Virus record (IMG/VR): IMGVR_UViG_3300050120_000279
DNA: 64,000 nucleotides
Direction: 5' to 3' (one strand)
DNA from: a virus
Taxonomy: Duplodnaviria; Heunggongvirae; Uroviricota; Caudoviricetes
A program made the position numbers and the translations under genes. This document shows, piece by piece, positions 33,597 through 42,642 of this stretch. Below the pieces are notes generated by a model. It worked only from the letters and a program-made list of their open reading frames with translations. It did not search any database and had not been told where the DNA came from. Numbering within the stretch: the stretch's first letter is position 1; each line of letters starts with the position of its first letter.

Positions 33597-34337
33597 ATGC
33601 CCAGCGGCGGTATGGATGCAAACCCATTTGGCGGCAACGCCAGACTAGACCGGATCGACTTTCTCGACTATGCCAGTGGCACGGACTCACCGTGGAAGCT
33701 GTTGTATTTGAAGGTCATTTCGGATGCCGTGAGTGATTACCTTTACTTCGGCCTGGGGAAGAATGGAACCGTAGCGGATGACTTCTTCTATGCGACTGAA
33801 TACTTCTTCAAGTGTCGGAGTTTTCTGCCTGAGACCTGGAAGCACGCGAACTCGATGCGACACGCCTATGTCGATGAAGTATCGGGCAAACGGGTATCGT
33901 CCCACCTGACCCTCACTGACGAGGAACTACGTCAGGCATGCTTCGATCGTCACTATGAGATCGCGGAGCTTCATAATCTCATGCCTTTCGATCAGTTTAT
34001 CGAGTGGCTCAAGGTTCGACGGTCAGAGATCCTCGAAGAGAACAAAGCGCAGGTCAACGCTTACATCGATCTTCTCCAGCGCACGGCGCTGCGTGAAGTT
34101 ATCGGTGGTCAGCAGATCCCGTTCAAGCTGGATTCAGCAGACCGAATGCAAGTGCTGACACGGCCGACAAGCCCGGAACAAGTAGCGGAGCTGGTGTTCT
34201 ACGCTCCTCGCTACCGTAGGCAGAATCGACCCCATCGTCAGGTGACCCGCCGAGAGATCAGGATTGCCAGTCCCCATGTTTACCGCCACGTAGCGGTGCC
34301 CAGTGGACAGACGCAATTCGCTCTGGAAGCGGCATAA
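33597..34337 (+). CDS. hypothetical protein
   Basis: 246 aa ORF. Confidence 0.4.
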   Translation: MPSGGMDANPFGGNARLDRIDFLDYASGTDSPWKLLYLKVISDAVSDYLYFGLGKNGTVADDFFYATEYFFKCRSFLPETWKHANSMRHAYVDEVSGKRVSSHLTLTDEELRQACFDRHYEIAELHNLMPFDQFIEWLKVRRSEILEENKAQVNAYIDLLQRTALREVIGGQQIPFKLDSADRMQVLTRPTSPEQVAELVFYAPRYRRQNRPHRQVTRREIRIASPHVYRHVAVPSGQTQFALEAA

Positions 34338-34353
34338 CAATCAAAGGAAGTGC

Positions 34354-34506
34354 ATGGCTACCCTAAAGAGCTTGGCGGTAGTATTCGCCGTCGTTCTAGC
34401 CGCTGTCATTATTGACAGCGGTTTTCTTTATCACCAGGCGTCGACAGGGAGGAAGCTCCCGTTCAAGTTGAGCCTCATTCCCAAGCTTGGTGGAGAGTTA
34501 TCGTGA
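34354..34506 (+). CDS. small membrane protein
   Basis: 50 aa hydrophobic ORF with AAAGGAAG RBS. Confidence 0.25.
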   Translation: MATLKSLAVVFAVVLAAVIIDSGFLYHQASTGRKLPFKLSLIPKLGGELS

Positions 34507-37328
34507 TCAAACGACCCCGCCCCCAGCTGGGGCAGATGCCTTTCGAGTTGCCCGAGATCCGGGACTTCTCAAAGCCAGCCGTTCTGCTGCACAAGAACGC
34601 GCGGTACGTGTTATTCAAGCCCCAGGACCCTCTGGCTGCTGCCATTCTCGCTGACGTAACCGACCGTATGGACAAGGTCTGGGCCATGCGTCAAGGGAAA
34701 TACTGGCACATCAATGAAGCCGGCAAGAAGGTTTTCGTCGATGATTGGGCCAAGATTCAGATCTGGAGACACCTCGGCGGCGATGTCGGTCAACATCCTC
34801 TATGCGAAGTCCTTCGGGCACGTGGCATTGAGATCGGCGTTGTACCCACCCTTGCAAACTATATCAAGAAGGAGATGCGCCAGGTCGAGCTGGAGAACAC
34901 TGGGTACCCCGTGCCGGTCGCGGCGGGCGCCTCTATGCTCTTCGAGCGCTGCAGTGTAGGTACCAACCTCCTTTGCACCCAGGAGTACCGCGATCCGGGC
35001 ACTGGCGACGTCATCTTCAAGAAGGACAGCCACTATATGGTGGTCAAGGCCGGCAGCGAAGGCGTTGACACCATCAAGATCAGCAAGAACCCTCTGCTCA
35101 ACAATGCCGCGGTCAAGGATAACGACGATGCATTCGAGTGGTCGGAGTTCAACGCTCCGATGGAAGAGTACTTCGATGACACCGAGGACATGGATCTTGG
35201 GCTCACCGTAGCCGAAGCCTATCCTGAGCGTGTCGCTGCCATGCGCAAGAAGATCGACGCCCTTGGCTGGGAGTTGTTCGAGCATGTCAAGGTCGATGCC
35301 GCAATGGAGGTCCTCAAGAGATCCAGCATCAACGGCAAGCTCATGCGAATGGGCAAGACGTCGGAAGCTCTGGTTATCTCCCAGCTGTGGGGCACCAAGA
35401 AGATCGGTGTCTTCGGCTCGAAGAATGTATGTCTCACCTGGATGAAGGAGTGCAAGCGGTTGGGGATTACGGACTATGTCCTGGTCGACACCCTTTCAGA
35501 TCTTGATAAGCCGGGCCGGCTGTATCTCATGAGATATGGTTGGGCGCGCCAGCAGCGTGACCCCACGGAGGAACAGCGTAACGACAAGACGAACTACCTC
35601 CGCGGTGGCGAGCGATCGCACCAGGTAAAGGTTGCTGGTAGTAGCAAGACAGTTTTGGCGCGGTATTCGGTCCTGGGGCATCACCCTTGCCCGCACTGCA
35701 AGGTTTCGATGGTCCGCCCTGTCCACAAGACGGATGGCACAGGCAAGATCTATCGAACAGACTGGACTCCGCTTTACGGGTTCATGTGTGTCAACAAGGA
35801 TTGCACCTGGACTACCGACAACCGGAAGAAGAAGGGCTCCGCCTGGCAGTCGAAGCAGATTGTCATACACAAACCGGGGACGTACGTGGACTGGGGCCTT
35901 GCGGCTCACAGCCAGTGCTCTCATGAAAATGTGCCTGGCCGGCAGTGTCTGGAATGCAAGGAGACAGATGGAGTCTGGATCCCCCAGATCACCAAGCGCT
36001 TGAAGCGACGTTTCGGAGGGATTATTCCCGACGAAGTCCACAACATGAAGGACCCCACCAGCCAGACCTACCGTGCGATCTCGCGCATGCGGGCAAGGCG
36101 GAAGTATGCAGCTACCGGAACCCTGGTGTCAAACGGCCCCATGGATCCGTATTGGATCTTCCAGTGGATGTTCCGTGGACCGAACGCCATCTTCAACTAT
36201 TCCTACGGGAAGGGTGCGAAGGAGTACGAGGCCAGGTTCTGCGATCACGCGATTCTGGAGAAGCCCGCCGGTCTCGATGAAGAGACAGGTGAGGTGCTCA
36301 AGAAGATCGTCAAGAAGCGTCTGCCGTTCCTCAAGAACCCCACGGACTGGTGGAAGTTCATCTGCTCGAAGTTCCTTCGCCGGAACTACTCGGATCCGCT
36401 ATACGAGCAGTCGCTGCTCGAAGCCGGCATGTTCAAGCCGGAGATCAATATCCAGAAGCTCATCTGCCCGATGACTCCGCCTCAGATCAAACTGATGCTG
36501 TCAGCGCTCAAGGACTTCAAGGATATCTACGAGAAGCACAAGCTCGAGGCCGAGAGCAAGAACAAGGAAGTCAACAAGGCGTTTGTCATCAGTCAGATGA
36601 GCAACATGTGTACCATCGCCACCGCACCTGAAGCGATCAACGACAAGCTGGGAATCACAGCTTATGAAGGTCCCAATGGCGGCGGCAAGGTATACCCCAT
36701 CACGATGCTCGTACGCAATCGCGTGGCATCCGGTGGGAAAGTACTCATCCTGTCTGACTACGTTCACATGCAGAAGGCAATCGAGGCTGAGCTGATGGCT
36801 CTTGGCATCGGAGTGCTCCGGTTCAAGACCAGCTGGTCGACTGAAGAGCGCCTGGAAGCACAGGATAGGTTCGCTGATGATCCAACTATCGGTGCCATGG
36901 TCGCGGGAACGCGCGCTGTGTCTGAGAGTCTGGACTTCTCGGTAGCCGACACAGCGATCTGCTGTGACGTGCTCTGGTCTCCTGCCTTCCAACAGCAGGC
37001 ATGGAGCCGTATTCTGCAGGCAACAAAGCGTATGCGTATCTGTGACATCTTCCTGGCTCTCTCAGAGAACTCGATCGATGAGCACAAGTACGACACCTTC
37101 TACGCCAAGACCGTAGCGAGTGAGCAGTCCCAGGACCGTCGTGTTGTCAGCCGTCGTTCACAGACGGTAGACATCAAGTGGTTCGCTGATCGCGTCATTG
37201 AAGAGGCAGCTAACCTGTCGATTCAGATGCGTGATCTTGGACTGGACTTCGAGGGCAGCGGCGATAGCGAAAGCACCTTCATGGTTCCTGTCATGGGCAT
37301 GGGCCTGATGGAAGAACGCGCAATCTAA
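34503..37328 (+). CDS. SNF2-family (DExH) helicase with zinc-ribbon insertions
   Basis: DEVHNMKD (motif II), ATGTLVSNGPMD (motif III), C-terminal QAWSRILQ (motif VI); several CxxC pairs. Confidence 0.65.
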   Translation: MIKRPRPQLGQMPFELPEIRDFSKPAVLLHKNARYVLFKPQDPLAAAILADVTDRMDKVWAMRQGKYWHINEAGKKVFVDDWAKIQIWRHLGGDVGQHPLCEVLRARGIEIGVVPTLANYIKKEMRQVELENTGYPVPVAAGASMLFERCSVGTNLLCTQEYRDPGTGDVIFKKDSHYMVVKAGSEGVDTIKISKNPLLNNAAVKDNDDAFEWSEFNAPMEEYFDDTEDMDLGLTVAEAYPERVAAMRKKIDALGWELFEHVKVDAAMEVLKRSSINGKLMRMGKTSEALVISQLWGTKKIGVFGSKNVCLTWMKECKRLGITDYVLVDTLSDLDKPGRLYLMRYGWARQQRDPTEEQRNDKTNYLRGGERSHQVKVAGSSKTVLARYSVLGHHPCPHCKVSMVRPVHKTDGTGKIYRTDWTPLYGFMCVNKDCTWTTDNRKKKGSAWQSKQIVIHKPGTYVDWGLAAHSQCSHENVPGRQCLECKETDGVWIPQITKRLKRRFGGIIPDEVHNMKDPTSQTYRAISRMRARRKYAATGTLVSNGPMDPYWIFQWMFRGPNAIFNYSYGKGAKEYEARFCDHAILEKPAGLDEETGEVLKKIVKKRLPFLKNPTDWWKFICSKFLRRNYSDPLYEQSLLEAGMFKPEINIQKLICPMTPPQIKLMLSALKDFKDIYEKHKLEAESKNKEVNKAFVISQMSNMCTIATAPEAINDKLGITAYEGPNGGGKVYPITMLVRNRVASGGKVLILSDYVHMQKAIEAELMALGIGVLRFKTSWSTEERLEAQDRFADDPTIGAMVAGTRAVSESLDFSVADTAICCDVLWSPAFQQQAWSRILQATKRMRICDIFLALSENSIDEHKYDTFYAKTVASEQSQDRRVVSRRSQTVDIKWFADRVIEEAANLSIQMRDLGLDFEGSGDSESTFMVPVMGMGLMEERAI

Positions 37329-37340
37329 TCACCTCAATAG

Positions 37341-37374
37341 AAACAGGGAGACGTCCTCAGGGCTCTCCCTGTTT
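37341..37374 (+). terminator. strong hairpin terminator AAACAGGGAGA-n12-TCTCCCTGTTT
   Basis: 11-bp perfect stem 13 nt after the stop of the SNF2 helicase gene. Confidence 0.55.
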
Positions 37375-37406
37375 CGCTGAGACTTCACAGTTCATAGGAT
37401 AAGCAC

Positions 37407-38123
37407 ATGATTCAGCTGGTCGATCGCGGACCTGACAAGAGTCTGATCCGGTTCACACCGCGGCACAGGTTTCGCAGTACTGCACCGACATTGGAATGCG
37501 AACTGATCTCTGGTCACTTCTGTCCATGGTGCGCCAACATCATTCAGGCCTTCTACACAACGACTAAGCCAGTGGACCTCAGTTTGTACGAGGAGACGCG
37601 GGTGATTAGTCAGGGTGAGAAGAACGAAGGTGAACTTCTCAAGATCGTTCCCGGCGAGGAAGGGAAGACCGCCTACAAAGACGAGTTCTTCAAGACTCCG
37701 AAGGGTAACTCGCAGCGTATCACCCTGAAGAACCACGTCGTCAACTGGAAGGGTACAGGCAACCGTGATGACTACTTCGAGCCCGGAGAACGGTGCTGTA
37801 TCTACACCTCAGTCATCAGTATGCAGGGCCGTGACATGGCTCATGACCTCGCAATCGTTGCGGGGTACAACCTCGATTCAGCGGAACGGTATATCAAGAC
37901 CAATCCTACTGCCGAATTCATTGTGAAGTGGCTGAAGACGGAAGTCTCCTGGTCAACTCTGGAGATGAAGTCAGTGATGCCCGTTGGAGTAGCCCCGCCG
38001 GCTCTTCTGATCAAACGATCGACCATGAAGTCCCAGTTCATAAACCTGGTAACCCTTCTGTATTCCAAGTGGGATGCGCATGTCGCAACGCTTGCTGTAC
38101 CTGTGGAAGCCACAACCGTATAA
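37407..38123 (+). CDS. hypothetical protein
   Basis: 238 aa ORF. Confidence 0.4.
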   Translation: MIQLVDRGPDKSLIRFTPRHRFRSTAPTLECELISGHFCPWCANIIQAFYTTTKPVDLSLYEETRVISQGEKNEGELLKIVPGEEGKTAYKDEFFKTPKGNSQRITLKNHVVNWKGTGNRDDYFEPGERCCIYTSVISMQGRDMAHDLAIVAGYNLDSAERYIKTNPTAEFIVKWLKTEVSWSTLEMKSVMPVGVAPPALLIKRSTMKSQFINLVTLLYSKWDAHVATLAVPVEATTV

Positions 38124-38131
38124 GGAGACGT

Positions 38132-38536
38132 ATGTCTGCATTTCGTCAGATGAACACTGTCATGAATGACAGCGCCGCGTTGGTCAAGTCGCTCAAGAAG
38201 CGCTTCAAGGAAGTGGAGAAGCATGTCTCTCCGCAGAGCTTGTATGGCCACCACAACGATATCCGCCCGGAGAAAGCCGAGATCTGTATTCGTCGCAAGC
38301 ATGTCGGTAGCGCGTCGAACGATATCGGATTCGCTAAGAACGAGAAGGGCAACTACACCGCCATCATCTCGGCTTACGACCAGGGCAAGTACAACGAGAA
38401 GTGGTTGGACGCCCTGACTACCGACTACCAGGTTGAGAAGGCCATGTCCGTCATGGGCGAATTCAACACCGAGCTCGAAGAACAGACCACCCTTCCCGAT
38501 GGCAGCGTGCAGATGCGCTTCCTCGTTCACGCCTAA
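38132..38536 (+). CDS. hypothetical protein
   Basis: ATG with AAGGAG RBS inside ORF 37928..38536. Confidence 0.4.
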   Translation: MSAFRQMNTVMNDSAALVKSLKKRFKEVEKHVSPQSLYGHHNDIRPEKAEICIRRKHVGSASNDIGFAKNEKGNYTAIISAYDQGKYNEKWLDALTTDYQVEKAMSVMGEFNTELEEQTTLPDGSVQMRFLVHA

Positions 38537-38548
38537 GAATAGGACACC

Positions 38549-38749
38549 ATGTCAGAGCCGAGATATGCAGTTGTAACCATCGCTCCCAAGGGGAAGACGA
38601 TGACAGTAGACCTGGAAGAGTTCCATGGTCAAGGGTGTGGCGCCATCATGGAGGCTTTCGATTCCATGGGTACGGTGACACACGAGATCCACAAGCCCGA
38701 GTACGCCGAGAACAACCACAACGGTGCTGGTTTGACTACGGGCAACTAG
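38549..38749 (+). CDS. hypothetical protein
   Basis: 66 aa ORF. Confidence 0.3.
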   Translation: MSEPRYAVVTIAPKGKTMTVDLEEFHGQGCGAIMEAFDSMGTVTHEIHKPEYAENNHNGAGLTTGN

Positions 38750-38759
38750 GTAAAGACAC

Positions 38760-39380
38760 ATGGCTAAATTCAACGATCTTACGGGTAGGACCTTCGGACT
38801 ATTGACGGTCCTGCCTGGGCCATCTCGCAAAGTGGGGACGGATAAACGTGTTCGTACGTTTTGGCGTGTCAAATGTGCCTGTGGCAATGAAGATGAAGGC
38901 CAAAGCAATGTACTAACTAGCGGTCATAAGCTAAGTTGCGGTTGTCGTATTGGCAGTTCTCTACCCGAAGGGGTAGCTGAATCAAGACGTCGCTACGGAA
39001 GCTATAAAGCAGGGGCCAAAGCACGCGGCTTCGAATGGCATTTGTCTCTCGAAGAGTTCGTAAAGATTGGATCTCAAGCGTGTGTTTACTGTGAGATTGA
39101 ACCCACTGAAAAGAAGCTCCGACCAGATCTCAACGGTGGCCTCATATTCAATGGAGTTGATCGTGTTGATAGTAGCAAATCTTATACCGAAGACAACTGC
39201 GTGGCGTGCTGTTCGGTGTGTAACCGCATGAAAGGAATACTAAGCGCAGATGAATTCATCGAACAATGCCGACAGGTCGCACAGAAAGCCGGCCAATGTA
39301 CATCCATAATCTCATTGAATCCACTTCTAGTAATGGACCAGGTCGGAGAGCTGGAGTCTGGTTTGCAGGATGTAGCTTAA
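38760..39380 (+). mobile_element. HNH-type homing endonuclease in an AT-rich island
   Basis: N-terminal W.VKCACGNE...SCGC zinc cluster and C-terminal GVDRVDSSKSYTEDNCVACCSVCNRMKG (IDRID...N...CN..K-type HNH); GC content drops locally; 3' end overlaps the nrdG start. Confidence 0.55.
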
Positions 39381-39922
39381 AATGCCACGGCTGCTGGAAT
39401 GCAGAGACACACCGACATGGTGGTGGCAAATACGTAACAGTCGAGGATCTTGCACAGCAGATCCTTTCTATTGATGGCATTGAAGGTGTCACTTTCTCAG
39501 GTGGCGAACCGATACAGCAAGCCCCGAGTCTAGCCCGGCTCGTCGAGCGTCTGAAGACGGCGCGTCCCGATTTCTCCATCGGCATGTACACCGGCTACAC
39601 AGAGAAGGAACTGGATGAAGGATCCTTCGAGTGGCATGTCAGCCCCATGGTCTTTCCTGGCTCACCTATCCTCTGGAAGATCATCAAACGTCACCTCGAC
39701 TTCGCAGTGATGGGACGGTACAACCAGCTCCAACGTACGAGTGAGCTGTCGCTTCGTGGGTCTGCCAATCAGAAGGTTGTCTTCTTCTCCGATCGGTACA
39801 ACGAAGCTTCACTGAAACCTCAATACGTCGAGATCACCATTGCTCCCGGTGGTGTGACAAAACTCACTGGCTTTCCCATCGGAATCCAGGACCAGGTAAC
39901 GAAAGGTCTATCAGGCCAATGA
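39296..39922 (+). CDS. nrdG: anaerobic ribonucleotide reductase activating protein NrdG (radical SAM)
   Basis: NGPGRRAGVWFAGCSLKCHGCWNAETH (CxxxCxxC), SGGEP, TGYTEKEL, RGSANQKV all parallel E. coli NrdG; no nrdD in the window. Confidence 0.7.
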   Translation: MYIHNLIESTSSNGPGRRAGVWFAGCSLKCHGCWNAETHRHGGGKYVTVEDLAQQILSIDGIEGVTFSGGEPIQQAPSLARLVERLKTARPDFSIGMYTGYTEKELDEGSFEWHVSPMVFPGSPILWKIIKRHLDFAVMGRYNQLQRTSELSLRGSANQKVVFFSDRYNEASLKPQYVEITIAPGGVTKLTGFPIGIQDQVTKGLSGQ

Positions 39923-40320
39923 CATCAAAGGAGCCACACCGCGTGACAGATACCACATTTGTGCAGCAAGAGGTCATCGATGCATCAACCCTGAATCCGA
40001 GTGAGCTTCGCTGCCCACAGTGCAAAGGGGACACCTTAGTGCTCTCTGGCCAGGCTCAACTGGAGCAGCGAGAGATCATGGAGCACGGTATCGTCACGGA
40101 TCGCCAGCCCAATCCCAAGGATGCTGGCTCATTCGATGTCACGCGCATCGATTGTGTCCCCTGTGCCAAGACCTTCCATCTCCGGAGCCCGAAGCTGTTC
40201 GCTCTGGAGCGTGAGAACTCCGACTTGAAGTTCAAGGTGGGAGAGCTGATGCGGCAGGTCGGCGAAGTACCGGATGGTGGTCCTGGCAGCCTCGGCGCCG
40301 AGTACGGATTCCGGAACTAG
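39919..40320 (+). CDS. zinc-ribbon protein, hypothetical
   Basis: CPQCKG...CVPCAK; 133 aa; TAG stop. Confidence 0.4.
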   Translation: MTSKEPHRVTDTTFVQQEVIDASTLNPSELRCPQCKGDTLVLSGQAQLEQREIMEHGIVTDRQPNPKDAGSFDVTRIDCVPCAKTFHLRSPKLFALERENSDLKFKVGELMRQVGEVPDGGPGSLGAEYGFRN

Positions 40321-40329
40321 AGGGAACAC

Positions 40330-40602
40330 ATGCGTTCAGCAGATGACCTTATTACCGTTAAGGCAACGATCACCCGACGACTGACCCTGGACCGTGAACG
40401 CCTTGAAAGCGATCCGGTCTGGAGTCAAGTCTCGCAGCAACTTGGCTATGTGACTGGCGATCCTCTCACCGAGGAGCTCGTGAGCACCTACCTCAATCAT
40501 TACATCGTGCGTGATCAGTTCCCGCACCAGACACCGACCACTAATGGGCCGGGTGACATTGATGCAGTACAGCTGGAGGTAACATGGCCGGAATCGCAGT
40601 AG
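40330..40602 (+). CDS. hypothetical protein
   Basis: 90 aa ORF. Confidence 0.35.
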   Translation: MRSADDLITVKATITRRLTLDRERLESDPVWSQVSQQLGYVTGDPLTEELVSTYLNHYIVRDQFPHQTPTTNGPGDIDAVQLEVTWPESQ

Positions 40603-42563
40603 TAGAGAGCAAACAGCCGGACTTTGTCCGAGCGATCTCGCAAGATTACAAGTCACAGATCTCACACGTTTTCATTCTTCATGGGAATGTGTATGACTTC
40701 TGCGACAACAGCGGCAAAGATCTGACGGTCCAGCAGGCGTTCAACACTGCATATGACGACGCGTTCCAGAAAGATATCTCCGAATACGCAGCTAAAGACA
40801 AGGTTGACATCGGGATCAGCGATGACACCGGTAAAACTGCCGCGAAGATCACACGCATTATGGCGACGTACAACATCAGCCGAGGCCTGGAGTTTCCACA
40901 TCCGGCCAGTCTCAAAGCTATTCAGTCACTGATGGCTGAGAAGCTTGGTGAACTTGTAAACGATAAGTTCATGCGTCCCGTCAGCGTTGGTAAGCTCATC
41001 GAGTTCATGAACCTGTGGTTCAACATCTCGAAGGCTCGGACAAAGGAGAACTTCAAGAACAAGGAAGAAGGCAAGACAGTTTTGCCTGAGCTCCTTGTTA
41101 CATGGATCATTCAGGATGCTGATTCGGTCTTCCCGAATGGAGACATAGCCAACCTGGGTCCCGATCGTACTCCTATCGTTTCGATCAGGCAGTGGGCGCA
41201 GGATGAGTGGCTTGGTTTCCGCAACCGCATCGTCTTGATGACGCGGCACGCGTCCGATTTGCACTCTTCCATTCGCAGTGAAATCTCCTCGATCCATATG
41301 GTTCGCAAGCCCAACCTGGCTGACCGCCTGGCGTACATCACTGACTTCGACAACACCGTCAAGATGCGTGCGAAGAACTCGAAGACCGGCAAGGTGAAGG
41401 TGTCGGACAACACCTCGGTCACTGGGATCAACTGGGCAGAAGGTTTCGACGGCGAGCAGTGCGCCATTCAGTCTGCCGGCATGAATCGGAAGCAGCTGAA
41501 GGACGTGTTCCTCCAGTCCTGGATCAATCAGCAGCCTGTTGATTACTCCGGAATCACTCAACGCAAGCAGCGCGCATTGCTCGACGAGTATCAGGGCATG
41601 CTGGACTTCAAAGAGCCGACGTTCGGCTTCGAGGAGATCGGCGGGCACGAACACTTCAAGAACTATTGCCGTCAGCGGATCATCACTCCTCTCAAGGAGC
41701 GGGATACGAAGACCTGTTCGCGGGGCGCGCTCATGACTGGGCCGCCGGGTACCGGTAAGTCCATGCTTGCCCTGGCTCTGGCTAAGGAAGCGCAGCTGAA
41801 CTTTATGCAAGTCGATCTCGGCAAGGTCTTTGCTGGCCTGGTCGGTGAGACCGAGAAGAACATGCGCAAGCTGATAGAGGCCATCGAGGCCGCGGCTCCC
41901 TGCATCGTGTTCATCGATGAAGTGGACTCCGTTCTGTCCGCTGGTCGCTCAAGTGGTGGAGATTCAGGTACTTCGGGACGAGTATTCAACTCCTTCATGA
42001 CGTTCCTTTCGGATCCTGGCCGCGTCGGTCGTGTCGTTGTCCTCATGGCATCGAACCGTCCTGACATGCTCGACACAGCACTCATTCGTGATGGACGTAT
42101 GGACGCCAAGATTCCGATCCTTCCTCCGTCAAAGGACGATGCGGTCGGGCGCAAGGCAATCATCAAAGCGCTGCTCACCAAGCACAACATTGCGTTCAGC
42201 CCAGACCTGGCTGGCACGATGACCGATGCAGACAACGGTCTCGGTCGTCTTCTGTTGGATGAGGAACGCACCTGGACCGGAGCTGAGATTGAATCTCTTC
42301 TTCGGAAGTCGATGTCGTCCGCTGCTTTCGCTGGTCGTAAGACCAAGGATGGCAAGAAGGACTACACGATTCAGGCTGCCGACTGGAACCACGCGATGGA
42401 TGTCATCATCCCGAACACTGGTGAAGTCGACATCCAGATTGGTCTGGCATTGCGCTTCGTGAACGACCTTGACTACTGCCCGAAGGCCTATTGGCCGAAC
42501 GTCAAGGCTGAGCAGGAACGCTATCGCCAGCAGCTGGTCGATCAGGAACGTCAGGCCGCTTAG
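40584..42563 (+). CDS. AAA+ ATPase (classical AAA clade) with a long N-terminal domain
   Basis: Walker A GPPGTGKSMLA, Walker B VFIDEVDS, second region of homology; 659 aa. Confidence 0.75.
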   Translation: MAGIAVVESKQPDFVRAISQDYKSQISHVFILHGNVYDFCDNSGKDLTVQQAFNTAYDDAFQKDISEYAAKDKVDIGISDDTGKTAAKITRIMATYNISRGLEFPHPASLKAIQSLMAEKLGELVNDKFMRPVSVGKLIEFMNLWFNISKARTKENFKNKEEGKTVLPELLVTWIIQDADSVFPNGDIANLGPDRTPIVSIRQWAQDEWLGFRNRIVLMTRHASDLHSSIRSEISSIHMVRKPNLADRLAYITDFDNTVKMRAKNSKTGKVKVSDNTSVTGINWAEGFDGEQCAIQSAGMNRKQLKDVFLQSWINQQPVDYSGITQRKQRALLDEYQGMLDFKEPTFGFEEIGGHEHFKNYCRQRIITPLKERDTKTCSRGALMTGPPGTGKSMLALALAKEAQLNFMQVDLGKVFAGLVGETEKNMRKLIEAIEAAAPCIVFIDEVDSVLSAGRSSGGDSGTSGRVFNSFMTFLSDPGRVGRVVVLMASNRPDMLDTALIRDGRMDAKIPILPPSKDDAVGRKAIIKALLTKHNIAFSPDLAGTMTDADNGLGRLLLDEERTWTGAEIESLLRKSMSSAAFAGRKTKDGKKDYTIQAADWNHAMDVIIPNTGEVDIQIGLALRFVNDLDYCPKAYWPNVKAEQERYRQQLVDQERQAA

Positions 42564-42593
42564 TACCCGTCCAGTCGCAGCTTTGCACCTAGT

Positions 42594-42615
42594 GGGGAGT
42601 CACCTTTGGCTCCCC
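42594..42615 (+). terminator. hairpin GGGGAG-n10-CTCCCC downstream of the AAA+ gene
   Basis: 6-bp GC stem in the 80-nt gap. Confidence 0.3.
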
Positions 42616-42642
42616 GCTCTAGCCCCGTACGGTGAAAACAGC

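Noticed and set aside
39296-39922. Radical-SAM gene considered as QueE (7-deazaguanine pathway) rather than NrdG
   Set aside because: Block-by-block similarity to E. coli NrdG (NGPG.R, GC...C.GC.N, SGG.P, TGY, RGS.NQ) is much stronger. No queC/queD/folE-like genes are present.
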